Part shown: positions 19,101-28,849 of the stretch, piece by piece
Layout: the number at the start of each line of letters is the position of its first letter
Position numbering within the stretch: position 1 is the first letter of the stretch
Origin: a virus
Reading direction: 5' to 3' (one strand)
IMG/VR virus record: IMGVR_UViG_3300006754_000009
Coordinates: 1 to 64,000 of that record
Length of the DNA: 64,000 nt
Notes under the pieces: generated by a model
What the model was told of the DNA's origin: nothing
What the model saw: the letters and a program-made list of their open reading frames with translations, nothing else
Database searches by the model: none
Position numbers and translations under genes: made by a program

Positions 19101-22100
19101 TTAAATTCATTACCACTACCAACATTTAGAGAAAAAGCTTTATTAGTAAATGAACAATCTTTTGGGGATTACATCTCCCAATTATTTAATCAAATGCCTG
19201 CTTTACATACGGTTCCAATAACACTGTTATTAAAAGTAGGGTCAATTTGGTGGAGGTACAAGAAAAGGGTTAGGACCGGATTTGACCCACTATCTGATAT
19301 ATGGTGGAATTTGGGTAAAGTAAGTACAATACCAGGAGCAACAGGAACCAGGAATATATATGATAATGTAACTAATAATTTAACCACAACATATAATGTA
19401 ACTCTGGCCGGTAACCCATATAACTACCAAACACAGAAATCAGTAGCGGGGGTTGGTAATTTTTTACAGGTGGGAGTATACCCCTTAATTGTTGACGCAA
19501 TAAATTATATAACAACTAGCTCTAATAACTATTTTAATATGGGAGGAGGGCAAGTATTAAATACCCTATCATCAAGTATACCATTAACTATAGAAGAAAA
19601 TAATGTTCTAGCTTTTACATCAGGGGACAATACTAAAGTTAAATTTTATGATGTATACGCAGACTCAAGCACTATTGCTCCTGGCATGGGAGTTAAATTT
19701 AATGATACCGTAGAACCATCTAAATATTATATTCTATATCCTTCATCTGGTGGATTAAGACGTACTGATGCGAGTCTCTATAACACAAATACTTTATTTG
19801 CTGGAGCTACACCTCTTAACGCTGGTAATACACAACCAATACATAATGGAGCCTGTAGATTGATATGGGACATTTCTAATTATGGCCATTTTGAGAATCA
19901 AACATTCCCAACAGCAATTGAATATTTGAAGAAAATAAATCCAGAATCTGACAAGCAAAGTGCATGGTCACTAAATGGAGACGCAAACTATTCTACAATA
20001 CAAGAGCTAAGAGGTGTATTCGGTAAAGACGAACTAGATATATTTGAAGATATGTTTTTACAATTTTCTAGTTTAGAACCAGAAATGGAGTTCAACAGTG
20101 GAACAATGAAAAATATAATAAAAGAATTTGTAGTGATAGAAGATACTTGGTTAAAAGAATCTAATTTTGATGAAGCCACAGATAGAATACCTAGGAAATT
20201 AGCACGAGCTCAATTTTTAAAATTCCTAAAGGTAACCCAAAATTTCTTAAATCAAGAAATAAAATATGAACACACCAACACAACTAAGTTAAATACGATA
20301 ACTAATAATAGTAGTACTATACAAAAAGTAATGGCATTACATTATCAGAATCAAAATTCCAGTGGGCTTCTAAATAGTTTCGCTTCTAGTTATGATTTTG
20401 GTATTTATTCGTCCAGTACAGTAGGCATTCCAGTTGCTCCAGCTGGGTTTGGTTCACCGTTACCTGTGGTAGCACAAGATATGCTATTAGAAGTGGGTCA
20501 CTACTATAACGAATCTAATTCCACACAATTTAATATCTTAACTAATCTTAATGATTCAAATCCAATGTTTTCATTCTTTCAGACAGCACGAGGACCCCTA
20601 GGCAATGGAATAACATTTAATAGTACTAACGTAAAAGATTTCGCACCAGTCATCCGATTATACGCGGCTTACTGTGTTAGTAATGTAACACTGTTGAGTG
20701 GAGCGGAATTTATAGCTAAATTAGTTGGTAAACTAACACTTTTAGAAAATGACCAAGTAAAGTATGTTAATAATTTAGTTAAAAAAGTACAAGAAAACAT
20801 ACATAATAATGCGAAGCAAGACAATCAAACTGACGAACCTATAACGGACGAAAGAACTAAAGTAAAATCTGAACCTTTAAAATTAGAACTATATAGAAGT
20901 TTTAAAACATTGAATGACAGATGGATATCCTCGTTATCCTTAGGAGATAATACTCTATTTGAGAAGTTCTTATTTTTAGATACCGCTAATAGAGACATTG
21001 GTAATGAAGCGATAGTTAATATATGGAATCTAATAAAATTAGACTCACCATTTGAAGCGGGCAGCTCTAAAACACTAACCCAAAGTATAGACGGGTATAT
21101 AAGTATGATATTGAAAGATAATTATTTTAATTATGTACCCCTCCCATCCTATATTAATTTCTTTAACATAGAGAACGATGTAACACAACGTCAAGGAAAT
21201 GCCTTATTTGGTACATTTAGAGAAGTAGATACATTAAAATCAGGACCAGTATTTTTATGTCAATATGTAGGTAATTCATCAGAACAGTTAGATAGTAAAA
21301 CAGAAAATAATGGATTTTTTAATGACGCTCTTAATATTCGTACCGAAACCAACAACCCATTAATCGCGGCTGAGACCCCTAATAAAGAATTAGCTAATAA
21401 GGTGGTTGCGTTTAATGTCGATTTCGGACTAAAGAATCAAAATATTTTTGAGTCTGTGCAGTTAGACCAAAATCAATATCAGAACACCTCAGAGAGTTAC
21501 CAAATTCTACAAGAAATGGCGGATTCTGGTGGTGGTGGAGCCACATCAATGGCATCCCTATCCTTATTTAATGTTTATGCTAGTAGAAGTTATACCGCTA
21601 CAATAACATGTATGGGGAATGTCGCCATTCAACCAACACAGTATTTTCAGTTAAATTACCTACCAATGTTTAATGGACCATACTTTATTGTAAATGTATC
21701 TCATAATATAAGACCTAATAGTATAGAAACAACTTTTGAAGGTGTCAGACAACCATTAGCAGAACTACCCAATATAGAAGATTTGGTTCAGAGAGTAGAT
21801 AGTAATTTATATAAAGCAGCGGAAAGTCGATTAAAACAATTACCCCAAGACCTTTACGCGGACCCTAGAAGTGCAACACCCTCACAAATGAAAAAATCAC
21901 CAACCAGCACTAAATATGTAGATTTACTATCCACAACCTCTAGTCCATTTGTCAATGCGGATGGTGTGACATTTTATGATATTATAGGTAGTGGAATAGA
22001 TGTTCATTACTATTTAATGGATTCTGACCCAGAAAAAACACATCTAGGAATAGACATCATTCCAGGAGCTAAAGCTTATGAAAAAAGTATAAGTGATGAT

Positions 22101-22499
22101 GGAATCCCTATCTATCCTATGATAAATGGTACTGTCACTAATGCATTAGATGGTTGTGCTAATTTACAAACAACAGATGGTTGTGGTGAACTTGGTAATT
22201 TTATAGAAACCAAATTAATTATCTCTAACAAACCGGATGAAGATGACACAGCTTATTATATTGCGAGGTATGCATATTTAAGAAATATAAATTATAGTAA
22301 GGATAACGCCATTAAAAAATCCGAATGCGGTCCTAAAGGTAAGAGTATTGGTATAATGGGAAATAGTGGACTTTCTAAAGAAATACACCTACATGTGGAG
22401 TTAATTAGAGGAGTTATGAAAAATGGTAAGGTGGTGGAACATTATTTAAATCCAGCAGCTTTTATTCCGGGCATCAATAAAGAAGTAAACGGGCAATAA
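16164..22499 (+). CDS. Large baseplate hub protein with C-terminal M23 peptidase
   Basis: Hub-like motifs FGITSIDIKINASYRPTVTINFTDVRG and SYTATITCMGNVAIQPTQYFQL...GPYFIVNVSHNI; C-terminal HLGID (HxxxD), IGIMGNSGLS and HLHVE (HxH). Confidence 0.8.
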   Translation: MANNLNSGDILTYQVGNNVMIVDPNFVIDPATSRVAERLVNHEDLVMYANLTAKISPRSKVIVGQGNDSEVDVEIFKGTLNFLKPEGKDSMDSDWTDAFTNTEMNKQVVGPGKGDGISRRIENQSDFQGFGITSIDIKINASYRPTVTINFTDVRGKTLFEQSKTNTPYTAFFHLPYPIFFLTLKGYYGKAVKFQLMLESFVSRFDPSSGDYLVTCQFIGNHVALLRDINMHQAMTAPYMFPNRVDATTGEVTSTKGRQITTEVFNIYRKKGLIADDFPDYTILELVEKIKGIDNDMSQVFGKANLSLTTDKLEFKAALTGFKKAVLGTDGWSETYLDEGERKTIKVQVDDKNSTSGKTASVSVWPLKGATTANASVADNSNPNALKELEEKAQTALEAIVSKYTRLLISNPTFGPNAQVPPEQKGKYSVTSLLLKEGFSIYKKSKIKGTVKMGTITTTLKPEFEPWFCFDGAYESGKFLAVWRETDRKFETQAEIMSSDVSEVLNTRLKDVIGFKPTIRNVFAIILGGADTFLRMLDTVHTEAMDVSNNEKRIDAAKGSNDVSPDADTKVGSVPTLGNVYPWPKYYISKQTENGETKYELTYPGDKDIIDITGAKDKIIWPEVDFVEEYCKTANYKYTKFQPPVGNAGVNKSFTPIDVKDWPPEITPYSSLDDVDVWFEILDRAFEFIALGSVKTRYMGSSIQTQPAIDEISTYDASNLYDSIKGSPSAKNVFKDLGTGVSGKTTDNGYESIMSILSQSDPDRWLIYAFFGTVTPDTGRPSRLLIEPQPYTVKGRDFTESFKCIENNKVDSFFDLIPTIRGSWLTNNYAGTNTMGGTSPEFHNIVQNLEYDIQYTNVLTEKEETKYFTDFVYANDVESHDYNVQAKNNRNYTGLNNIHKVNKFYKEAALKPIVTEGELFPTATTAGVNGLIYVADTLDVKLTSLLNTPYFINAILQGVDYERNSPTNKSPYASAAYLFLNSLPLPTFREKALLVNEQSFGDYISQLFNQMPALHTVPITLLLKVGSIWWRYKKRVRTGFDPLSDIWWNLGKVSTIPGATGTRNIYDNVTNNLTTTYNVTLAGNPYNYQTQKSVAGVGNFLQVGVYPLIVDAINYITTSSNNYFNMGGGQVLNTLSSSIPLTIEENNVLAFTSGDNTKVKFYDVYADSSTIAPGMGVKFNDTVEPSKYYILYPSSGGLRRTDASLYNTNTLFAGATPLNAGNTQPIHNGACRLIWDISNYGHFENQTFPTAIEYLKKINPESDKQSAWSLNGDANYSTIQELRGVFGKDELDIFEDMFLQFSSLEPEMEFNSGTMKNIIKEFVVIEDTWLKESNFDEATDRIPRKLARAQFLKFLKVTQNFLNQEIKYEHTNTTKLNTITNNSSTIQKVMALHYQNQNSSGLLNSFASSYDFGIYSSSTVGIPVAPAGFGSPLPVVAQDMLLEVGHYYNESNSTQFNILTNLNDSNPMFSFFQTARGPLGNGITFNSTNVKDFAPVIRLYAAYCVSNVTLLSGAEFIAKLVGKLTLLENDQVKYVNNLVKKVQENIHNNAKQDNQTDEPITDERTKVKSEPLKLELYRSFKTLNDRWISSLSLGDNTLFEKFLFLDTANRDIGNEAIVNIWNLIKLDSPFEAGSSKTLTQSIDGYISMILKDNYFNYVPLPSYINFFNIENDVTQRQGNALFGTFREVDTLKSGPVFLCQYVGNSSEQLDSKTENNGFFNDALNIRTETNNPLIAAETPNKELANKVVAFNVDFGLKNQNIFESVQLDQNQYQNTSESYQILQEMADSGGGGATSMASLSLFNVYASRSYTATITCMGNVAIQPTQYFQLNYLPMFNGPYFIVNVSHNIRPNSIETTFEGVRQPLAELPNIEDLVQRVDSNLYKAAESRLKQLPQDLYADPRSATPSQMKKSPTSTKYVDLLSTTSSPFVNADGVTFYDIIGSGIDVHYYLMDSDPEKTHLGIDIIPGAKAYEKSISDDGIPIYPMINGTVTNALDGCANLQTTDGCGELGNFIETKLIISNKPDEDDTAYYIARYAYLRNINYSKDNAIKKSECGPKGKSIGIMGNSGLSKEIHLHVELIRGVMKNGKVVEHYLNPAAFIPGINKEVNGQ

Positions 22500-22552
22500 T
22501 AGCTTGTTAAGTTATTACATCTTAAATTCTTGACTCTTATTAGTTTTAATGA

Positions 22553-22560
22553 TATTTATA
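22553..22560 (+). promoter_or_regulatory. TATTTATA putative late promoter
   Basis: 13 nt before ATG 22574; TTGACT lies 17 nt upstream (22530-22535). Confidence 0.6.
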
Positions 22561-22573
22561 TAGAAACAGACTT

Positions 22574-22813
22574 ATGATTTCAGAAAATTTAAAACAAAAA
22601 TTAGGTAATTTTTTAGGAAAAAAAACAGATAATATAGTAGAAAATGGTTCTAATGCTGACGGTGAACAAGTATGTGATTTAGATACTGGTGAATGTTATA
22701 CTATTAGAAGTAGAGACGGTTTAATAGAAAGAGTAGATAATAGTGTTAGAATAAATAGAAAGATAAAAGTAGAGTCACCTTCAGGACAAGTAAAACAATT
22801 ATTAAATGGCTAA
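22574..22813 (+). CDS. Hypothetical protein
   Basis: 79 aa containing VCDLDTGECY; 8-nt overlap with the next gene. Confidence 0.75.
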   Translation: MISENLKQKLGNFLGKKTDNIVENGSNADGEQVCDLDTGECYTIRSRDGLIERVDNSVRINRKIKVESPSGQVKQLLNG

Positions 22814-23564
22814 AGAATTAGAAAAAAAGTTAATAGAAGAATTAAATAGATTTAAACAAATTAAACACAATACTGACAATTTGGATGAACAAATGATTGG
22901 TGGTGTTGGTAATTTAGGCATGGGTAGTCATGTTGAAAGATTATTAAATAGAGCGAAGGAATTAGGTGAACAAGAATTAGACCCTAATGCTGCAGCTGAA
23001 GAAATAGAAGGAGGTGAAGAAGAATTAGAAGGAGGTGAAGAAGAAATAGAAGGTGGTGAGGAAGAATTAGAAGGAGAGTTAGAAGGAGAGTTAGAAGGAG
23101 AGTTAGAAGGAGGAATAGATACCGAAATAGATTCTGAAATAACAGATGAAGCAGAAGACACTACAGAATTAGACGTTACCGACCTAGTAAGTAAACAAGA
23201 CGAAGTAAATACTGAGTTATCGGACCAAAAAGATATTCTTTCTAAAAACACCCAAAGCTTAGACGATTTAATGACTAAGTTATCCGACCTAGAAACTCAT
23301 TTAGTTTCCATGGATGATATGGTTGATAAAATTAGTAGCTTAGAAAAGAAGATAGAAGAGTATAGACCAAGAACCCCAGAAGAAAAAATAGGATTAAGAA
23401 AACATGATAGTGGTCCTTACCACAAAACATTAAGTGACTTCTTTACAGATAAAGAAGAAGTTTTTGACAAAACAGGAAAAAAACAATACATTTTAACCAA
23501 AGATGAAGCGGAGAATTACAGTGACTCCGATATTCAAAAAAGTTTTAATGACGAAGAAGAATAA
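22806..23564 (+). CDS. Acidic coiled-coil protein (possible scaffold / internal head protein)
   Basis: LIEELNRFKQI N-terminus, Glu/Gly repeat linker, heptad region LDDLMTKLSDLETHLVSMDDMVDKISSLEKKIEE. Confidence 0.65.
   Translation: MAKELEKKLIEELNRFKQIKHNTDNLDEQMIGGVGNLGMGSHVERLLNRAKELGEQELDPNAAAEEIEGGEEELEGGEEEIEGGEEELEGELEGELEGELEGGIDTEIDSEITDEAEDTTELDVTDLVSKQDEVNTELSDQKDILSKNTQSLDDLMTKLSDLETHLVSMDDMVDKISSLEKKIEEYRPRTPEEKIGLRKHDSGPYHKTLSDFFTDKEEVFDKTGKKQYILTKDEAENYSDSDIQKSFNDEEE
22998..23111 (+). repeat. Coding tandem repeats: 21-bp units (EE[IL]EGGE) followed by 12-bp GAGTTAGAAGGA units (ELEG)
   Basis: Directly visible in the DNA and in the protein. Confidence 0.9.
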
Positions 23565-23584
23565 TAAAATTAATTTAAACTTCG

Positions 23585-23616
23585 TTTGACATCCCCCCAC
23601 AATATTCATATATTTA
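23585..23616 (+). promoter_or_regulatory. Host-RNAP-type promoter for the replication block
   Basis: Reads as TTGACA (23586-23591)-N17-TATATT (23609-23614), and equally as TTTG (23585-23588)-N20-TATATTTA. Confidence 0.7.
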
Positions 23617-23654
23617 CATAGATATTAATTAATTAATGATTAAAAAAAAAATTT

Positions 23655-24524
23655 ATGAGTAATAGTTTAGACGCTGTATTAGCACAATACGAAAAAAACA
23701 AACAAAGTGGTGGTTCCACAAAACCACAAATGACATCAGAAGAAAGAATGAAACAATATCTTTCTATCATGTTACCAAAAGGAACAAAATCAGGAGAAAA
23801 AAGAATTAGAATCGTACCAACACAAGATGGTAGTTCACCTTTTAAAGAAGTGTTTTTTCACAACACACAAGTACAAGGTAGGTGGATGAAAATTTATGAC
23901 CCAGGTAAAGATTCCGCAGGAAAACCAACAGGAGAAAGAAGTCCTTTAAATGAAGTAGAAGAAGCTTTAAGGTTAGCTGGGGATGCACAATCTAAAGAAT
24001 TAGCACGTTCTTATCGTTCACAAAAATTTTATATTGTAAAAGTTATTGATAGAGATAATGAAGAAGACGGAGTAAAATTTTGGAGATTTAAACATAACTG
24101 GAAAGGAGACGGACCAATTGACAAAATAATTCCAATCTGGAGAAATAAAGGAGATGTAACTGACATTAACGAAGGAAGAGACTTAATTCTAATCCTTCAA
24201 ACAGTACCATTACCAGGTGGAAGAGGAGAATACACTACAGTTTCTTCTGTCATGTATGAAGACCCAGGAAAATTATCCGAAGATGAAACCAAAACCAAAG
24301 AGTGGACTGAAGACGAAAGAACTTGGAAAGATGTTTATTCACAAAAACCGGTAGAGTATCTAGAAGCAATTTCTAAAGGGTTAGACCCAGTTTGGGATTC
24401 TGAACTAAAGAAATATGTTTATGATGACCCGAATAGTGGTAAGAAAGAAACTACCACCACTACTATTGGTGAACAAAAAGACCCACAAGCAAACGACCCA
24501 CAGGACGAAGACCTACCATTTTAA
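23655..24524 (+). CDS. Single-stranded DNA-binding protein (T4 gp32-like)
   Basis: RIRIVP, FYIVKVIDRDNEEDGVKFWRF, GRDLIL and the acidic C-terminal tail QDEDLPF. Confidence 0.85.
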   Translation: MSNSLDAVLAQYEKNKQSGGSTKPQMTSEERMKQYLSIMLPKGTKSGEKRIRIVPTQDGSSPFKEVFFHNTQVQGRWMKIYDPGKDSAGKPTGERSPLNEVEEALRLAGDAQSKELARSYRSQKFYIVKVIDRDNEEDGVKFWRFKHNWKGDGPIDKIIPIWRNKGDVTDINEGRDLILILQTVPLPGGRGEYTTVSSVMYEDPGKLSEDETKTKEWTEDERTWKDVYSQKPVEYLEAISKGLDPVWDSELKKYVYDDPNSGKKETTTTTIGEQKDPQANDPQDEDLPF

Positions 24525-24534
24525 TTAGAATACT

Positions 24535-25539
24535 ATGGCATTGAAAAAAAGGACATTTGCAGATTTGAAAAATAAGTTTTCAAAAAAGGCTAAATTTAAA
24601 CAAGAAAGATTTTTTGATTTAGGTAAAGCCTTTCTTGATGCTACCGGATTACCAGGACCAGCTATGGGGCATTTACAAATGTTTTTAGGTCATTCCGATA
24701 CAGGTAAAACAACAGCATTAATTAAAGCAGCGGTAGACGCTCAAAAAAAAGGAGTACTTCCCGTATTAATTATTACTGAACAAAAATGGGGGTTTGAACA
24801 CGCTAAACTTTTAGGTTTTGATTGTGAGGAAGTTGTAGATAAAACTACCGGTGAAGTAGACTGGGATGGTTTTTTCTTATTTAATAATGATTTTCAGTAT
24901 ATTGAAGAAATTACTGATTATATTAATACTTTACTTGATGCACAAGATAAAGGAGAGTTAGAATATGATTTATTATTCTTATGGGATTCAGTTGGTTCTG
25001 TGCCTTGTAAAATGACTTTTGACGGTAAAGGTGGTAAAATGCATAATGCAGCTACACTAGCGGACAAAATTGGTATGGGATTAAATCAACGAATCGGGAA
25101 ATCGAGAAGACAAGACTCCAAATACACTAATACATTAGTAGTTGTAAACCAACCATGGGTAGAATTACCTGACAACCCATTTGGACAACCAAAAATTAAA
25201 GCTAAAGGAGGTGAATCACTATGGTTAAACTCTACATTGGTCTTTAGATTTGGTAACCAAAAAAATGCGGGAACCACAAATATTTCAGCGGTGAAAGAAA
25301 AAAGAAAAGTGAAGTTCGCTACCAGAACTAAAATAACAATTATGAAAAATCATGTTAATGGATTAGGTTATGAAGACGGCAAAATACTTATTACACCACA
25401 TGGTTTTATAGCTGGTAGAGAAGCTAGTGAAGAAAAGAAATCAATAGATAATTATAAACAAGAAAACGCTACATTTTGGTCTGAGCAATTAGGCGTAGGT
25501 GGTGATTTCGACTTAAAAATAGAAAAAGAAAATGACTAA
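24535..25539 (+). CDS. recA: RecA/UvsX-like recombinase
   Basis: Walker A GHSDTGKT, Walker B LFLWDSVGS, VVVNQPW, KAKGGE, KNHVNG. Confidence 0.9.
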   Translation: MALKKRTFADLKNKFSKKAKFKQERFFDLGKAFLDATGLPGPAMGHLQMFLGHSDTGKTTALIKAAVDAQKKGVLPVLIITEQKWGFEHAKLLGFDCEEVVDKTTGEVDWDGFFLFNNDFQYIEEITDYINTLLDAQDKGELEYDLLFLWDSVGSVPCKMTFDGKGGKMHNAATLADKIGMGLNQRIGKSRRQDSKYTNTLVVVNQPWVELPDNPFGQPKIKAKGGESLWLNSTLVFRFGNQKNAGTTNISAVKEKRKVKFATRTKITIMKNHVNGLGYEDGKILITPHGFIAGREASEEKKSIDNYKQENATFWSEQLGVGGDFDLKIEKEND

Positions 25540-25963
25540 ATTAAAAACAGGAGATAAAGTAAAAGTACATTATATCGGTAAACTTAAAGACGGCACAGAA
25601 TTTGATAATTCTAGGACTAGAGAACCAATAGAATTTGCTATAGATGACGGTAACTTACTAAAAGGATTTAACGACTCTGTAAAAGACTTAAGCGAGGGTA
25701 CTAAAACAACAGTAGATATACCAGCCAAAGAAGCTTACGGTGAATACATTACAGAAGCAGTTATAGTTGTACAGAAAAATGAATTCCCAGAAGGAATGGA
25801 CTTTCAACTAAAAGGTTTCGTACAAGGTAAAGACAATCAAGGAAGACCAGTACAAGGACAAATCATTAAAATAGATGAGGAATCCATAAATTTAGATATG
25901 AACCACCCATTAGCTGGAGAAGATTTAAATTTTGAAATAGAGTTAGTAGAAGTAGTAAAGTAA
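25532..25963 (+). CDS. FKBP-type peptidyl-prolyl cis-trans isomerase (SlyD/SlpA-like, no His-rich tail)
   Basis: VKVHYIGKLKDGTEFDNS, IPAKEAYG, LDMNHPLAGEDLNFEIELVEV. Confidence 0.95.
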   Translation: MTKLKTGDKVKVHYIGKLKDGTEFDNSRTREPIEFAIDDGNLLKGFNDSVKDLSEGTKTTVDIPAKEAYGEYITEAVIVVQKNEFPEGMDFQLKGFVQGKDNQGRPVQGQIIKIDEESINLDMNHPLAGEDLNFEIELVEVVK

Positions 25964-25992
25964 AAAAATGTTTAACCCAATAAACTCATTCT

Positions 25993-26997
25993 GTGACAAG
26001 AACACTAATAGTAGATGGTAATTCCTTACTAAATACAGGATTTCATGGTATAAAAAATATGTATAATGGTGAAGACCACATAGGTGGCCTATACCATTTT
26101 CTAAATACATTGAGAAAATTAATAGATGAATATCTAATAACTAAGATAGTAGTTTTTTGGGATGGTGAAAATAATACAGAGCCAAGAAAAAAATTATATC
26201 CTGAATATAAATTAAATAGGAAGAAAAAAAGTAGGAGTATAGAAGATATAGAATCCTACTCTAAACAAAAACTACGAACACAAGAGTACTTAGAGGAATT
26301 ATATGTTAGACAAGCAACCTTTAAGTTTTGTGAAGCTGATGACTGTATATCCTACTATTGTGAAAAAGCAATTGAAGAAGAAAAAATAGTACTTACATCC
26401 GATAGAGATTTGTTACAATTAATCTCACCAACCACATCATTACATATTATTTCATTAAACCAATTATTTAGATTTGAAGATAAAGTACCGTTAGACGGGA
26501 TTTATATTCCACATCAAAATGTAAGGCTTGTAAAAACAATATGTGGTGATTCTTCGGATAATATAAAAGGAATTAAAATGGTTGGTATAAAATCACTTAT
26601 TAAAATAAAACCTGAAATAAGTGAAAAAAAAGTAGAGTTTGAACAATTAATTAATGAGATAAAAAATCGAAAAAAAATAAGTGTTAAAGAAAATAATATA
26701 ATTAATGGAATAACACAACATAATAATATAGACAACCCACTCGAAATTAATTATCAGATAATAAAAACAGGAAAAAAATTCCTCACTAAAGAAGCTATAG
26801 AAGGGGTAAGAAGTTTATTAAAAGAATCCTTAGACCCACAAGGAAGGCATTGGAAAAATGCATTAGACTTGATGATGTCAGATGGAATTCTTAATATTTT
26901 ACCGAAAACAAATGATGGTTGGGTAGATTTCGTTAGACCATACCTACGATTAAGTAGAATAGAAAAAGATTTTTATAAAAAAACAAAAAAAAATTAA
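25993..26997 (+). CDS. 5'-3' exonuclease / RNase H (PIN/FEN family)
   Basis: LIVDGNSL, VFWDG, RKKLYPEYKLNR, EADD, TSDRDLLQL, GDSSDNIKGIKMVG; GTG start. Confidence 0.93.
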   Translation: MTRTLIVDGNSLLNTGFHGIKNMYNGEDHIGGLYHFLNTLRKLIDEYLITKIVVFWDGENNTEPRKKLYPEYKLNRKKKSRSIEDIESYSKQKLRTQEYLEELYVRQATFKFCEADDCISYYCEKAIEEEKIVLTSDRDLLQLISPTTSLHIISLNQLFRFEDKVPLDGIYIPHQNVRLVKTICGDSSDNIKGIKMVGIKSLIKIKPEISEKKVEFEQLINEIKNRKKISVKENNIINGITQHNNIDNPLEINYQIIKTGKKFLTKEAIEGVRSLLKESLDPQGRHWKNALDLMMSDGILNILPKTNDGWVDFVRPYLRLSRIEKDFYKKTKKN

Positions 26998-26998
26998 T

Positions 26999-27439
26999 AT
27001 GAAGACAAAATTAGATAACACACAAAAATGTGAATTCCTATTAAAGTTAGAAGATAATATAGTATGCCAAAGATTCTTTAGCGTAAGAAATTTTAATGAA
27101 TTAACAACACATTCATTAGACCTACATTATTCAGTAACTTATATTGTAGAAGACATAATTCACCAACTAAAACTTAAAACTTTATTTTTATTGGACAGTG
27201 ATTACAAAGAAAATTCAACAGAATTAGAGCAAAAAGAAGAGCATTTCACGATAACAATTAAAAAAGGTAAGAATGTAATATACGTAAGAAACTTCCGTGC
27301 CGACCTCTACCCCCCAAAAGTTAGATATACCGTAGATATTAGACCACAAATATCTTCAATATTACGTGAGTTAACTCAAACACTGTCGTCAAAAAAAGTT
27401 GCAACCAAATACCAAGATTATAGCTTACTTGTAAGTTAA
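26999..27439 (+). CDS. Hypothetical protein
   Basis: 146-aa ORF coupled to the exonuclease gene; NIVCQRFF and YPPKVRYTVDIRP motifs. Confidence 0.75.
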   Translation: MKTKLDNTQKCEFLLKLEDNIVCQRFFSVRNFNELTTHSLDLHYSVTYIVEDIIHQLKLKTLFLLDSDYKENSTELEQKEEHFTITIKKGKNVIYVRNFRADLYPPKVRYTVDIRPQISSILRELTQTLSSKKVATKYQDYSLLVS

Positions 27440-27444
27440 TAATG

Positions 27445-27452
27445 TATTTATT
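27445..27452 (+). promoter_or_regulatory. TATTTATT motif upstream of the helicase
   Basis: 17 nt before ATG 27470. Confidence 0.5.
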
Positions 27453-27469
27453 AATAAAGAAATTTATAT

Positions 27470-28849
27470 ATGAGTGAGAGAAAAAATTTTGGATATTTAG
27501 GACATTCCTTCCAGTTAAAATTAATTAATTTAATAATAACAGATAATACCTTTTTTAATACTATTATAGACGCAATACAATCAAAGTATTTCGACAACCA
27601 GTATTTTAGATTGATTATGCAATTGATTAAAGAATATTATGACAAATACCAAGTAGCACCATCATTTGACGCGTTAGACCAACTAACTCGTATTGAAATA
27701 TCTTCTGAGATGGCTCAAAAATACATTTTTGATATGTTAAAAGATATAAAAGACACTTCATTTGAAGACCATTTATTCATTAAAGAAAAGTCAGTAAAAT
27801 TTTGTAAACAACAAGAATTGAAAAAAGCCATAAGAAAAGTAGAGAATATAATGGAAAAGGGTGATTTTGAAAGTTATGATAAATGTGAAGAATATATTAG
27901 AGACGCTATTAAAATAGGAGATGGGGATACAGGTAGTTTTGAAATCTTTACGGAATTAGAGAAATTATTAGAAGAGGATTACAGACACCCAGTACCAACA
28001 GGGGTAGACGGACTAGACAATATTTTAAATGGTGGACTAGCAAAGGGTGAGATTGGTGTTGTGTTAGCTCCTACAGGGGTAGGAAAAACAACAATGTTAA
28101 CACGTTTTGCAAATACGGCGTTTAATATGGGTTATAATGTATTACAGATATTTTTTGAGGATAACCCCAAAATAATACAAAGAAAACATTTTACTTGTTG
28201 GACTGGAATACCAAATGACGAACTAAGTAAACATAAAGAAACGGTTTTAGATAAAGCAGATGAAATGAAAAAAACTGGTGGCAAATTAATTTTAAAGAAA
28301 TTACCGTCAGATGAAATGACAATGTTACAAATTAAAAACCAAATAAGAAAAATAATATCTGAAGGTACTAAGATAGATATTGTATTAATAGATTATATTG
28401 ACTGTATATTATCTGGTCGTCAGTATGACGATGAATGGAAGGGGGAAGGTTCAGTAATGAGAAAATTTGAATCGATGTGTCACGAATTAAATCTAGCTGG
28501 TTGGACCGCGACACAAGGTAATAGGAGTTCAATATCCTCAGATGTGGTAACCACGGACCAAATGGGTGGTTCCATCAAAAAAGCACAAGTGGGTCATGTA
28601 ATTATATCAGTAGCTAAAACATTACAACAAAAAGAAATGGGACTAGCTACTATAGCGATAGTAAAATCTCGATTAGGTAAAGACGGAGTCATTTTTGAAA
28701 ATTGTAAATTTGATAATGGGACCCTAGAGATAGATACAGAAACAACACAAACATTCTTAGGTTTCGAAGAAGAAAAAACTAATAGAAACAGAGAAAGAGT
28801 TGCCAGAGCTCTACACAGGAGACAACAAGTAATAAATAAAAATAATTAA
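27470..28849 (+). CDS. dnaB: Replicative DNA helicase (DnaB / T4 gp41-like)
   Basis: PTGVDGLDNILNGGL, Walker A APTGVGKT, IDYIDCI, WTATQGNR, KSRLG. Confidence 0.93.
   Translation: MSERKNFGYLGHSFQLKLINLIITDNTFFNTIIDAIQSKYFDNQYFRLIMQLIKEYYDKYQVAPSFDALDQLTRIEISSEMAQKYIFDMLKDIKDTSFEDHLFIKEKSVKFCKQQELKKAIRKVENIMEKGDFESYDKCEEYIRDAIKIGDGDTGSFEIFTELEKLLEEDYRHPVPTGVDGLDNILNGGLAKGEIGVVLAPTGVGKTTMLTRFANTAFNMGYNVLQIFFEDNPKIIQRKHFTCWTGIPNDELSKHKETVLDKADEMKKTGGKLILKKLPSDEMTMLQIKNQIRKIISEGTKIDIVLIDYIDCILSGRQYDDEWKGEGSVMRKFESMCHELNLAGWTATQGNRSSISSDVVTTDQMGGSIKKAQVGHVIISVAKTLQQKEMGLATIAIVKSRLGKDGVIFENCKFDNGTLEIDTETTQTFLGFEEEKTNRNRERVARALHRRQQVINKNN

Noticed and set aside
22998-23111. Repeat array considered as a CRISPR
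   Set aside because: No unique spacers; units are multiples of 3 and encode an in-frame Glu/Gly tract.
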